From a virus (Duplodnaviria; Heunggongvirae; Uroviricota; Caudoviricetes): a DNA stretch of 64,000 nt. The stretch is from the IMG/VR virus record IMGVR_UViG_3300029718_000386; one strand, 5' to 3'. This document shows positions 19,917 to 27,874 of this stretch, piece after piece (position 1 is the stretch's first letter; every line of letters starts with the position of its first letter). The notes under the pieces were generated by a model. The model saw nothing but the letters and a program-made list of their open reading frames with translations, did not search any database and was not told where the DNA came from. The position numbers were made by a program, and so were the translations under genes.

Positions 19917-22060
19917 CTACTCCTTCTTTCTATATTTGGTAGGCGGGAAACTGGTCGTGTAATTGGGATACTTTCCGCTGTAATCTACATGAATGATAAT
20001 AGAATACTCTTTCCCTGTTTTAGATTTACACTTGTTGAGTTGGACCTCGCCTTTTTTTAACAACGACTTGGCGGTAGATGCTGTGATTTTACGCCCAAAC
20101 CTTGCAAAAAACTTATCCTCTTTGTAAATGTAAAACTCACAATCTTTATTTGAACATTGAAAAGACTTGTTGCGTTCGACTACATCATACCCACAACGAG
20201 GACATTTCCCAACAACTTTCGCATCATCCTGATTAACCGTAATTTGCACATTGGCAATACGCGAGAAAATCGCATCAAGTTCTTTTTTCATCTCACGCTT
20301 ATTTTCGTCGAGCGTGTATGTACGATTGCCAATCGCAACAATCGTTTTGTTCATCTCAATGTTTTTTTCTTTGTAAAGGTTAATGCCAAAGGCATCCAGT
20401 AGTTGAATGAGCGCCACGCCCTTTTCCTGGATAGAATAGCTTCTACCTTTTAGCGCAATATATCCATATTTTTGTGCGTTCTTGACTATCAACGCCGTTG
20501 TTGACTCGGTGCCAAGTGTAGCACCCTCTTTTAGGAGTTTGTAATACTCCTCGTCGTCTTCTTTGTTTAATGTTTTAATCTCATCCGCATACGGGTTCTT
20601 TAAGAAATCCAACAATGCAGGTGGCGTGATTTTTGGAGGCGGTGTGCTCTCTCGTTCGGCCACAGAGAAGGACATGTTTACCTTTTCACCGACAGAAAAT
20701 GCCGGTAGCGGGTCTTTAATACTTCTCGGTTCAAATTCCATAAAGCCTTTATCAAGTAATTCATTACCGACAACATGAAATTGATATTCCCCTGCTTTTA
20801 TATATAGATGCGTTTCTCTAATCTTCGCGTTGCGAGAGAAATTACTCAGGGTTCGATTAAAAATTAACGCATAAGCCTTTTGCTCGTCCTCGTCCATTGC
20901 ATCCAACTCTTCTTTTGTTGGAATTTGTTTGGTGATTGTCAGAGCGGTATGCCCCCCTACGCACTTGCTGTCATCAAAGACACTTTTCTTTTCGTGAAAT
21001 TGCAGGTCATAACCAGACGCAACGAGTTTAGCGATTATGAATTCCATCGCACGAATTTCTTTTGTGCTTAAGTATTCAACCGATGTTCTCGGATATGTTA
21101 AAAATCCACGCTCATACAGCTTCTGAATCGTTTGCAAACCTTGGTCAAGTGTGTACCCGTATTTCTTAAAGAAATCGCTCTGAAAGGACGACAGACAGTA
21201 TAGACGCTTTGGAGTTAAAGACTTCTCTTTTGTTTCTATCTTCTCAACAACTTTATCTGCAGCCGCCAGTTGTGTACATATTTTTTCAACAATTGTCTTC
21301 TGGTCCTCTGGCATAGAGATGGCTGGTTTTGATGTTGTAATCTTAACCTTCCAGTCACCTTTTTTAAGAAGCGCATCTATGCCATAACTTTTGGTTGATT
21401 TAAAGTTCTGGATGGCTAAATCTCTGTCATAAACACACTTTACAATTGGGACTAAAACACGTCCAGCCGGAAAATTCATTCCTGCTTTTTTAGTCAGAAA
21501 TCTTGAAACGTTAATTCCCCAAGCAAAGTCAAACTGTTGGCGAGCCATTGCTTGGTAGTACATACCAGTGTATTTCTTATCATCTTCCGCATTATAATAA
21601 GCTTCAGCGACCACATCTGGGACCATCGAATTGCACCAAAGTCTCTTTACGGGTTTGGCATATCCGAAATATGACAAAATTTCCCTGACAATCAATTCTC
21701 CCTCATTGTCCGGATCACCATAATGTATCACTTGCCCAATGTCTTTACGCTTTAATAGTTTCTCAATAATAGCGAATTGTGTTTTGCTCCAGTCATCATC
21801 GCTGACTGTTTGTTCAAACTGATCTGGCACATACGGCAAGCAATCATAATTTCGTGGACTTGCAGGCAAGCCTAGATATTCTTCAATGGTTTTGAGTCTT
21901 AAAATATGCCCACACGCATATGTTACAATCACATTGTCCGACTCAAAATAGCCAGCCTTACTCTTCGGCGGCTTGTATTTCTTTCCAGGCTCAACAAATT
22001 TAAAATTCTCTTTATAAAGACCTTTTACAAGCGCTTTGGCAGCTTTTGTCTTTTCAGCAA
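19917..22060 (-). CDS. topB: Type IA DNA topoisomerase (topoisomerase III-like).
   Basis: Toprim LVIAEK...DPDNEGE and active-site GFLTYPRTS. C-terminal Zn-ribbon-like CPRCG...CSNKDC. The conserved N-terminus (IKTLVIAEKTKAAKA) lies upstream of the first ATG/GTG/TTG, so the start is probably non-canonical. The 5' coordinate is approximate. Confidence 0.75.
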
Positions 22061-22165
22061 TTACTAATGTTTTGATACTAAAACCTCCTATACGGAAAAA
22101 GAGAGGACAAAAGTCCTCTCTTCCTAAATTAAATTACATTATAATTATGCCATACTTGCTTAAAA

Positions 22166-22741
22166 TTAAGAAATCGACATTTGGTAATAAGATCTGGTGC
22201 TCATTTCTTCCAATGAATATCCATCCATACCATCGGATACACCCATGAAGATGCGATTTTCAATGTTCTTTCCAGTCTCATCTTTAAGATTGGACAACTG
22301 CAAATAAACGACATGTGTCGTGTCTTTTGCCAACTGTGCGTCTACCATGGAATCCACTGCTTCTTTAACTGTTTTGATGTCGCTATAAGACAATCCATCT
22401 GTGGATTTGTTTTCTTTATACAACTTGGCAATGTCGTCACCCGTGTATACTGCATACACCCCTGTTACCTTATTTGTTGAATAGGTTGCGTCATCTGCAT
22501 ATGCAACTGAGCCATCATCGGAAAAAGTAAGATAAATGTCAGATCCTTCTGTGCCCTTTTGTGGCTTCATCACAAATGATTTGTTGCTAAGCAGGGTTTG
22601 CTGCTTTTCCGGTGTGCCATGCACACCTCCGGTCACGCCGTAATAAATACCGCCAGCTACAGATGCAAGGACGATTGCAAGGACTAAAATAATTGAAACG
22701 ATTTTCTTCTGATTTAATTTCAAAACAAACCTCCGGCTCAT
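22166..22741 (-). CDS. N-terminally membrane-anchored extracellular protein.
   Basis: 191 aa. TM IVSIILVLAIVLASVAGGIYY. Starts 9 nt downstream of the tRNA array. Confidence 0.35.
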   Translation of the reverse strand: MSRRFVLKLNQKKIVSIILVLAIVLASVAGGIYYGVTGGVHGTPEKQQTLLSNKSFVMKPQKGTEGSDIYLTFSDDGSVAYADDATYSTNKVTGVYAVYTGDDIAKLYKENKSTDGLSYSDIKTVKEAVDSMVDAQLAKDTTHVVYLQLSNLKDETGKNIENRIFMGVSDGMDGYSLEEMSTRSYYQMSIS

Positions 22742-22749
22742 GAAAAAAT

Positions 22750-22825
22750 TGGTGGAAGCAGAGGGACTCGAACCCTCGACCTTCTGCTTGCAAAGCAGAT
22801 GCTCTCCCAGTTGAGCTATGCCCCC
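22750..22825 (-). tRNA. tRNA-Ala (anticodon TGC).
   Basis: RC sequence GGGGGCATAGCTCAACTGGGAGAGC...CTTTGCAA...GGTTCGAGTCC...CCA. G3:U70 pair present. CCA encoded. Confidence 0.8.
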
Positions 22826-22845
22826 AAATGAGAATCTTACCGAAA

Positions 22846-22921
22846 TGGTGGGAATAGTAGGTCTCGAACCTACGACCTCCTGCTTGTAAGGTAGGCGCTC
22901 TCCCAGCTGAGCTATATTCCC
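22846..22921 (-). tRNA. tRNA-Val (anticodon TAC).
   Basis: Cloverleaf with anticodon loop CTTACAA. One A-C mismatch in the anticodon stem. T-loop TTCGAGA. Confidence 0.6.
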
Positions 22922-22924
22922 AAA

Positions 22925-23000
22925 TGGTGCTGGATCTCGGACTTGAACCGAACACCTCTGCGTTACGAAGGCAGCGCTCTACCAGATGAGCTAATCCAGC
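22925..23000 (-). tRNA. tRNA-Thr (anticodon CGT).
   Basis: GCTGGATTAGCTCATCTGGTAGAGC...TTCGTAA loop...GGTTCAAGTCC...CCA. Confidence 0.55.
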
Positions 23001-23008
23001 GAAATGAG

Positions 23009-23084
23009 TGGTGCCACAGGCTGGAGTCGAACCAGCGACGCTCGGTTCTTCAGACCGACGCTCTACCTGCGGAGCTACCGTGGC
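23009..23084 (-). tRNA. tRNA-Phe (anticodon GAA).
   Basis: Anticodon arm TCGGTCTGAAGAACCGA. T-arm GGTTCGACTCC. CCA encoded. Confidence 0.75.
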
Positions 23085-23087
23085 ATA

Positions 23088-23163
23088 TGGTGCGAAATGC
23101 AGGACTTGAACCTACAACCTACGGCTTATCGAGCCGTTGCTCTACCAGTTGAGCTAATTTCGC
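23088..23163 (-). tRNA. tRNA-Ile (anticodon GAT).
   Basis: Anticodon arm ACGGCTCGATAAGCCGT. D-arm AGCTCAACTGGTAGAGC. Confidence 0.75.
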
Positions 23164-23164
23164 A

Positions 23165-23240
23165 TGGTGATCGCAGTGGGATTCGAACCCACGATACAGG
23201 TTAGAAAGACCTGCGGCTTAGACCGCTTGCCGATGCGACC
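23165..23240 (-). tRNA. tRNA-Glu-like (anticodon TTC), atypical.
   Basis: Anticodon arm CAGGTCTTTCTAACCTG with U at position 37. Unusual D-arm. Confidence 0.45.
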
Positions 23241-23245
23241 GAAAA

Positions 23246-23322
23246 TGGTGAACGCACTGAGATTCGAACTCAGACTCTGCGGTTAGAGAGACCGCCATGT
23301 TAGCCTATTACACTATGCGTCC
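23246..23322 (-). tRNA. tRNA-Glu-like (anticodon CTC), atypical.
   Basis: Anticodon arm GCGGTCTCTCTAACCGC with U at position 37. Non-canonical D-arm without GG. Confidence 0.4.
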
Positions 23323-23325
23323 AAA

Positions 23326-23401
23326 TGGAGCAGGTGATCAGATTCGAACTGATGAATAATGGGTTTGCAGCCCACGCCGTTAGCCTCTTCGGCACACCCG
23401 C
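23326..23401 (-). tRNA. tRNA-Cys (anticodon GCA).
   Basis: Anticodon arm GTGGGCTGCAAACCCAT. D-arm GCCGAAGAGGCTAACGGC. Confidence 0.7.
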
Positions 23402-23408
23402 AAAAATA

Positions 23409-23484
23409 TGGCTCCCACGGCCAGACTTGAACTGACAACTTCCTGATTAACAGTCAGGCGCTCTACCGATTGAACTACGTGGGA
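23409..23484 (-). tRNA. tRNA-Asn (anticodon GTT).
   Basis: Anticodon arm CCTGACTGTTAATCAGG. T-loop TTCAAGT. Confidence 0.75.
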
Positions 23485-23488
23485 ATGT

Positions 23489-23566
23489 TGGCAGGGGCGG
23501 AGCGACTTGAACACTCGTGCCATGGTTTTGGAGACCAGGCGATTTCCTGTTATCTTTACGCCCCTG
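23489..23566 (-). tRNA. tRNA-Trp-like (anticodon CCA).
   Basis: Anticodon loop CTCCAAA on a 4-bp stem plus a mismatch. Acceptor pairing is somewhat irregular. Confidence 0.45.
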
Positions 23567-23572
23567 TATGTT

Positions 23573-23647
23573 TGGGTGGAATCCCGGGAGTCGAACCCGG
23601 ATTACTTGTACCACAAACAAGCGTGCTACCGTTACACCAGAAACCAC
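23573..23647 (-). tRNA. tRNA-His (anticodon GTG).
   Basis: Anticodon arm CTTGTTTGTGGTACAAG. Extra 5' G(-1) opposite C73. The acceptor stem carries two U-U mismatches. Confidence 0.6.
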
Positions 23648-23729
23648 ATTTTTAAAATACGTATGTTTTGATTTTGCAACTACAATGTAGAGCCGGGCTA
23701 AACATACAAAACAACTTCTACCCTTATGG

Positions 23730-23819
23730 TGGTCGGAGATGAGGGAATCGAACCCACTCGAATGCCTAAGCACACCAGTTTTACAGACTGGGGTATCTAC
23801 CTTAATACTTTAACCTCCG
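23730..23819 (-). tRNA. tRNA-Tyr (anticodon GTA), class II with a long variable arm.
   Basis: Anticodon arm CCAGTCTGTAAAACTGG. About 90 nt. Confidence 0.6.
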
Positions 23820-23842
23820 ATTTATTAAATTGTCGCAGAATA

Positions 23843-23869
23843 CCACGCCTGAACAACGGTTCAGACGTG
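23843..23869. repeat. IS200/605-like subterminal hairpin, approximately the reverse complement of the tnpB-element hairpins.
   Basis: ccacgcctgaa-caacg-gttcagacgtg, located 12 nt downstream of the iscB stop. Confidence 0.3.
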
Positions 23870-23880
23870 AATAAATACAA

Positions 23881-25224
23881 CTATGCCGCGTTGTAAATTG
23901 TTTTTGCGTATTTAAATGGTTGTAATTGCTTAACGCTTACAATTTTTTTGAATTCGTTATTTTTGATAGACACGTAAGTACCGCGGTTTTGTGTGCCAAC
24001 CACTTCAAATGTTCTGTTACGCCAAAGCACCGTATCATGTGGTTGGTACGGATATCGTTGTCTTCTGATAGATACTCTACCTTTGGAAATCTTTTGCTGT
24101 CTGTATGGATGCAAGTTCTCACCATTCAGGTTTTTGTTACGAGTTGTTCTACCGCTAAATAATTCTTTACCGGTAGCCTTTTGACCCGTCCTTGCATCCA
24201 CATATTTGGCATCGTGAAACTTTGCAAGACAACGATTATTTTTACGTTTCTCTTGCCAGAACACCGGTTCACACCGGTGCTTTGGCTGTTTGTCGCCGAC
24301 ACAATACGCATCGTTGTAATGCGTTTTGTCTAACTGCAAATCTATCCGTTTGGATTTTGTCAAATAGCCAAAAGTCTCTACAACCGGAATCGTGTATTCA
24401 TCACGCAGCTGAGTGATTAGCATTCGTCTGACCGTAGACATAAATGTCTCCGGTTTGAAAGACTTTTGCTTTGGTTGCAGACCATACAAAATCTGCCCCT
24501 TTTGATGATTACGTGACGTATGACACTTGCTACATAGCGTTAATGTATTTGCAGGCGTATTTGAATGATCGTTTTTCCAATATCCGATATGATGCATGCG
24601 AAGCACTGCACCATCTCGGAAAGCATTTTTACCACAGATCTGGCAAGTGTATCCGTCTCTGTAGAAAGTGTACTCACGCAAATTTCGGAAGTCGTACATT
24701 TCTCCCTTTTGATATTTCTCACCGGATATGCTTGGTTTCTTTAATGCTTGAATATCGAAATTTGCTGTTTCCACATAGATTTTTGTAATCGGAAGAAGGC
24801 ACATCAACTTTCGAATGACCTTTTTGTGGCTGTCCAGCTTATGCTGAATGCTGGGTGCCAACCATTGATCCGGTCTTCTGCGATTATCAAATCTTGGCTT
24901 GCGATATCTCAAACGATTGCGACGCGTGTGACGATATGCTCGCCGGTCGTCTAATCGTTTGGATTGGTTTTCTAAAAGCTTTAATTCACCGGAAAACAAT
25001 TCTTTGTTATCAGTACAAGCAGAAATGCCAATATGCTGATAACCAGCATCGATTTTCAGATCAATGTCTTGTGTATTGTTTTCCGTCTCATAAAGCAATT
25101 GGATTGTAAACGGATTGCCACTTACGACTTGAGCTTTATTGCTCTTCAGCAGTTTGCGTACATAGCCACATCTTTCTGTTGGCATCAGTGGCAGGCCGTT
25201 TACATCTAAGACATACACCATCAT
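23881..25224 (-). CDS. iscB: IscB (OMEGA RNA-guided nuclease; IS200/605-associated Cas9 ancestor) with an apparently intact catalytic complement.
   Basis: N-terminal PLMP domain (VLDVNGLPLMPTERC). RuvC-I IDAGYQHIGISA. Arg-rich bridge helix RRAYRHTRRNRLRYRKPRFDNRRRP. RuvC-II IYVETANFD. HNH CQICGK...HHIGYW...N...CSKCH. RuvC-III HYNDAYCVGD. RBS AAAGGAGCC 9 nt before the ATG. Confidence 0.8.
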   Translation of the reverse strand: MMVYVLDVNGLPLMPTERCGYVRKLLKSNKAQVVSGNPFTIQLLYETENNTQDIDLKIDAGYQHIGISACTDNKELFSGELKLLENQSKRLDDRRAYRHTRRNRLRYRKPRFDNRRRPDQWLAPSIQHKLDSHKKVIRKLMCLLPITKIYVETANFDIQALKKPSISGEKYQKGEMYDFRNLREYTFYRDGYTCQICGKNAFRDGAVLRMHHIGYWKNDHSNTPANTLTLCSKCHTSRNHQKGQILYGLQPKQKSFKPETFMSTVRRMLITQLRDEYTIPVVETFGYLTKSKRIDLQLDKTHYNDAYCVGDKQPKHRCEPVFWQEKRKNNRCLAKFHDAKYVDARTGQKATGKELFSGRTTRNKNLNGENLHPYRQQKISKGRVSIRRQRYPYQPHDTVLWRNRTFEVVGTQNRGTYVSIKNNEFKKIVSVKQLQPFKYAKTIYNAA

Positions 25225-25238
25225 AAGATATGGCTCCT

Positions 25239-25560
25239 TTCAATAAATTTGGTCTGGAATGACCAGCGCACAGACGGAGCCAAAGGCCCGGTCTGTGGTA
25301 AACCCACATCGTCAATGTTATGAATTGTTTGTTGTGTACTGCACGTCTTCGACCCCATCAAAGATTTTTAACAATACACCGTAGTGCAAGGGGCTTGTGG
25401 AGCACCCCTTGGTACCTATTTGGCAGCCGAAGCTGCCATTAAAACATAACGTAGCACTCGAAGTGCTTAGACTAATCAACTATGGGCTTGTGATTTCTTA
25501 CAAGCCCCAACTGACTGTTTCACGGTTAGTCTGGGGTAATTGACAGTCAGGACCGCTACC
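25239..25560 (-). ncRNA. Candidate omega-RNA of the IscB element: about 306 nt of scaffold (25239..25544) plus a putative guide segment (25545..25560).
   Basis: Conserved structured element immediately 5' of the iscB RBS and start, in the same orientation. A second copy at 2121..2426 shows covariation. Multiple hairpins are visible, for example GGGCTTGTgatttcttACAAGCCC and GGTGCTCCacaagCCCCTTGCACTACGG. Confidence 0.55.
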
Positions 25561-25584
25561 GTTACGGAATATCGACGCATATAC

Positions 25585-25672
25585 TGGTGCTGATAGTGGG
25601 AGTCGAACCCACACGGTGTTGCCACCATCGGGGCTTAAACCCGATGCGTGCTGCCAATTTCGCCATATCAGC
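25585..25672 (-). tRNA. tRNA-Leu (anticodon TAA), class II.
   Basis: Anticodon arm TCGGGTTTAAGCCCCGA. Long variable arm. T-arm GTGGGTTCGACTCCCAC. CCA encoded. Confidence 0.7.
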
Positions 25673-25738
25673 ACATATGAATAGCCACACCTGATAGCCA
25701 TGCACGCCATTCAGCGTGGCTTTTTGCGTTTATCATCA

Positions 25739-26233
25739 TTATTTGGTAATCCGATCCGCAATTGTACTGGCTACAAATGAATTTGGCTTGGTTTCAACAT
25801 TGTAGCCGCAAGAGCGGATCCAACTTACCAGCCCAGGAATAAGATCCTTTGTTTTTCCGTTAACCGAATTTCCAGCATCAATATGAATTGACAATGGACA
25901 TTCTGCAAACATCTCTCTATATATTGCCTTACCCTCAAACATGTCTACCAGTTCCCCGGCCAAAGTTAAGCTGGCAGCAGTTTCAGTTTGCAATTTGAGT
26001 TTTACATTTTGGATCAAGTTCTCACGAGAAATTTCATAAAAGAAGATACCTCCATGTCCATGGGCAATAACTGCAATAACAGATACCATTTTTGTATTAT
26101 TGAAATTTTGACTATCTGTGCCGACAATGATACTGATTTGATCTGTTTGTGCTTTATTACGCCGGTAATAAGCCAAGATAGCATCTGGAATTTCTGTAAG
26201 CTGTATTGAATTCCCTGAACCGGTACAAAACAT
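25739..26233 (-). CDS. RNase H-fold protein (YkuK/DUF458-like), embedded in the tRNA array.
   Basis: 164 aa. Motifs IVGTDSQ, HGHGGIFFYEI and HIDAGNS are consistent with a D/E/D RNase-H-like active-site arrangement. The assignment is tentative. Confidence 0.35.
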   Translation of the reverse strand: MFCTGSGNSIQLTEIPDAILAYYRRNKAQTDQISIIVGTDSQNFNNTKMVSVIAVIAHGHGGIFFYEISRENLIQNVKLKLQTETAASLTLAGELVDMFEGKAIYREMFAECPLSIHIDAGNSVNGKTKDLIPGLVSWIRSCGYNVETKPNSFVASTIADRITK

Positions 26234-26257
26234 TGGACATACCCTCCTTATAATTTT

Positions 26258-26343
26258 TGGCGGCGATGGAAGGATTCGAACCTTCGAGCCTTACGACTAA
26301 CGCGTTAGCAGTGCGCCGGTTTCAACCACTCACCCACATCGCC
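26258..26343 (-). tRNA. tRNA-Ser (anticodon GCT), class II.
   Basis: Anticodon loop CTGCTAA with an A-C at the stem base. Long variable arm. T-arm GGTTCGAATCC. Confidence 0.65.
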
Positions 26344-26347
26344 AAAA

Positions 26348-26423
26348 TGGTGCGCCGTTTGGGGTTCGAACCCAAGACCTCCAGATTAAGAGTCTGTTGC
26401 TCTACCGACTGAGCTAACGGCGC
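26348..26423 (-). tRNA. tRNA-Lys (anticodon CTT).
   Basis: GCGCCGTTAGCTCAGTCGGTAGAGC...CTCTTAA loop...GGGTTCGAACCCC. Confidence 0.65.
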
Positions 26424-26427
26424 ATAA

Positions 26428-26504
26428 TGGTCTGGACAACAGGATTCGAACCTGCGGTCTCCGGATCCCAAATCCGGCGCTTTACCAAACTAAGCTATAT
26501 CCAG
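26428..26504 (-). tRNA. tRNA-Pro (anticodon TGG).
   Basis: Anticodon arm CCGGATTTGGGATCCGG. Confidence 0.75.
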
Positions 26505-26591
26505 ATGACAAAATACATGCAGACAGATCAGATTTGCCGTGAAATATGTGCTCGACCACAGCAAGAATTCGATCTGATTTTGTCTGCATAT

Positions 26592-26666
26592 TGGCACCGC
26601 CTGCAGGATTTGAACCCGCATTACAAGGTCCGTAGCCCTGTGTTCTGTCCTTTGAACTAAAGCGGT
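26592..26666 (-). tRNA. tRNA-Arg (anticodon ACG).
   Basis: Anticodon arm CAGGGCTACGGACCTTG. D-arm GTTCAAAGGACAGAAC. Confidence 0.75.
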
Positions 26667-26671
26667 GTATA

Positions 26672-26747
26672 TGGTGCCCCTACGAAGATTTGAACTCCGA
26701 ATTGGGGATTAGAAGTCCCCTGTTTTATCCAGATTAGACTATGGGGG
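26672..26747 (-). tRNA. tRNA-Arg (anticodon TCT), acceptor stem irregular.
   Basis: Anticodon arm GGGGACTTCTAATCCCC. T-arm CGGAGTTCAAATCTTCG. The 5' and 3' acceptor strands pair imperfectly as read. Confidence 0.5.
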
Positions 26748-26751
26748 TATA

Positions 26752-26826
26752 TGGAAGCGATGCCGGGGATCGAACCCAGAATGCAAGAGTCAAAGTCTCG
26801 TGTTTTGCCGATTAGACTACATCGCC
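26752..26826 (-). tRNA. tRNA-Gln (anticodon TTG).
   Basis: Anticodon arm CGAGACTTTGACTCTTG. T-arm GGGTTCGATCCCC. Confidence 0.7.
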
Positions 26827-26945
26827 ATATAAGAGCAGGTTTTTCATTGACTGGGACACACACCCAAAATCGGGTGGAGGTGCGCAACGCTTCTCGTACT
26901 GCTATCTCGGCAATACCGAACGAGGCGAGTCCGGAACTCGCAAAT

Positions 26946-27031
26946 TGGCACTGGATAAGGGACTTGAACCCTTACGATCTAAATCAACGGATTTTGAATC
27001 CGTCGCGTCTGCCAAATTCCGCCAATCCAGT
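26946..27031 (-). tRNA. tRNA-Leu (anticodon CAA), class II.
   Basis: Anticodon arm ACGGATTCAAAATCCGT. D-region TGGCGGAATTTGGCAG. Confidence 0.75.
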
Positions 27032-27046
27032 ATTTACATGAAAAAG

Positions 27047-27133
27047 TGGCGGGGCGTCAGGGACTCGAACCCTGAAGGCTGTTACACCCAACGGTTTTCA
27101 AGACCGCACGACTACCAATTATCACAACGCCCC
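27047..27133 (-). tRNA. tRNA-Ser (anticodon TGA), class II.
   Basis: Anticodon arm GCGGTCTTGAAAACCGT. Long variable arm. Confidence 0.7.
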
Positions 27134-27227
27134 ACATATGCGGCAGACTGATATCGATCTGTTATAAGAACATTGGGAGAGGTGAATCACCCCTCTTATG
27201 CAGGAACTCCTAAGTTACCTTGTTACA

Positions 27228-27304
27228 TGGCGACTCCGACCAGGCTCGAACTGGCAACCTCCAGCGTGACAGGCTGGCGCTCTACTCTTTTGAACTACGG
27301 AGCC
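27228..27304 (-). tRNA. tRNA-Asp (anticodon GTC).
   Basis: Anticodon arm CCAGCCTGTCACGCTGG. T-arm CCAGTTCGAGCCTGG. Confidence 0.8.
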
Positions 27305-27307
27305 AAA

Positions 27308-27393
27308 TGGTGCTCGATAAGAGATTCGAACTCTTACATCTTTCGATACCAGATCCTAAATCTGGCGCGTCTGCCAAATTCCGCCAATCGAGC
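27308..27393 (-). tRNA. tRNA-Leu (anticodon TAG), class II.
   Basis: Anticodon arm CCAGATTTAGGATCTGG. D-region matches the Leu(CAA) gene. Confidence 0.75.
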
Positions 27394-27406
27394 AAATGAA
27401 TAATAA

Positions 27407-27482
27407 TGGTGCGCCGTCAGAGAATTGAACTCTGGACCTTTAGATTATGAGTCTACTGCTCTAACCACTAAGCTAACGGCAC
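27407..27482 (-). tRNA. tRNA-Met (anticodon CAT), elongator-like.
   Basis: Anticodon loop CTCATAA. D-arm AGCTTAGTGGTTAGAGC. Confidence 0.65.
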
Positions 27483-27495
27483 AAACAACACAAAA

Positions 27496-27571
27496 TGGTG
27501 CGCGCACGGGGACTCGAACCCCGGACCAATGGATTAAAAGCCCACTGCTCTACCAACTGAGCTATGCGCAC
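27496..27571 (-). tRNA. tRNA-Lys (anticodon TTT).
   Basis: Anticodon arm GTGGGCTTTTAATCCAT. D-arm AGCTCAGTTGGTAGAGC. Confidence 0.7.
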
Positions 27572-27687
27572 ATATTGGTTACATCTATTAATACCACAAA
27601 TTACAAAAAAACAAAAAATGACCGGCTCAACAACGAAAGTTTTGATCGCGTTGAAAACCGGCCAAGGTGCAATGAAAAAATCCAAAG

Positions 27688-27764
27688 TGGAGCAGATAAG
27701 GGGATTTGAACCCCCACCACCGGTTTGGAAGACCGGGATGCTGACCATTGAACACCATATCTGC
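27688..27764 (-). tRNA. tRNA-Gly (anticodon TCC).
   Basis: Anticodon arm CCGGTCTTCCAAACCGG. T-arm GGGGGTTCAAATCCCC. Confidence 0.8.
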
Positions 27765-27769
27765 ATAAG

Positions 27770-27845
27770 TGGTGCTGGATATCTGACTCGAACAGATTAC
27801 CTTCGGGTTACAAAGCCGATGTTCTACCAGGTGAACTAATCCAGC
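27770..27845 (-). tRNA. tRNA-Thr (anticodon TGT).
   Basis: Anticodon loop TTTGTAA with a C-C at the stem base. T-arm CTGTTCGAGTCAG. Confidence 0.65.
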
Positions 27846-27874
27846 ATTTAGGCGCCTATGAAGGCGCTTGGATT

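Noticed and set aside
22587-23773. Several 60-120-aa ORFs (22587..22955, 22943..23152, 23004..23204, 23447..23773) and likewise 26427..27890 in the second array
   Set aside because: They overlap back-to-back tRNA genes on both strands. They are read-through artefacts of the GC-rich tRNA sequences.
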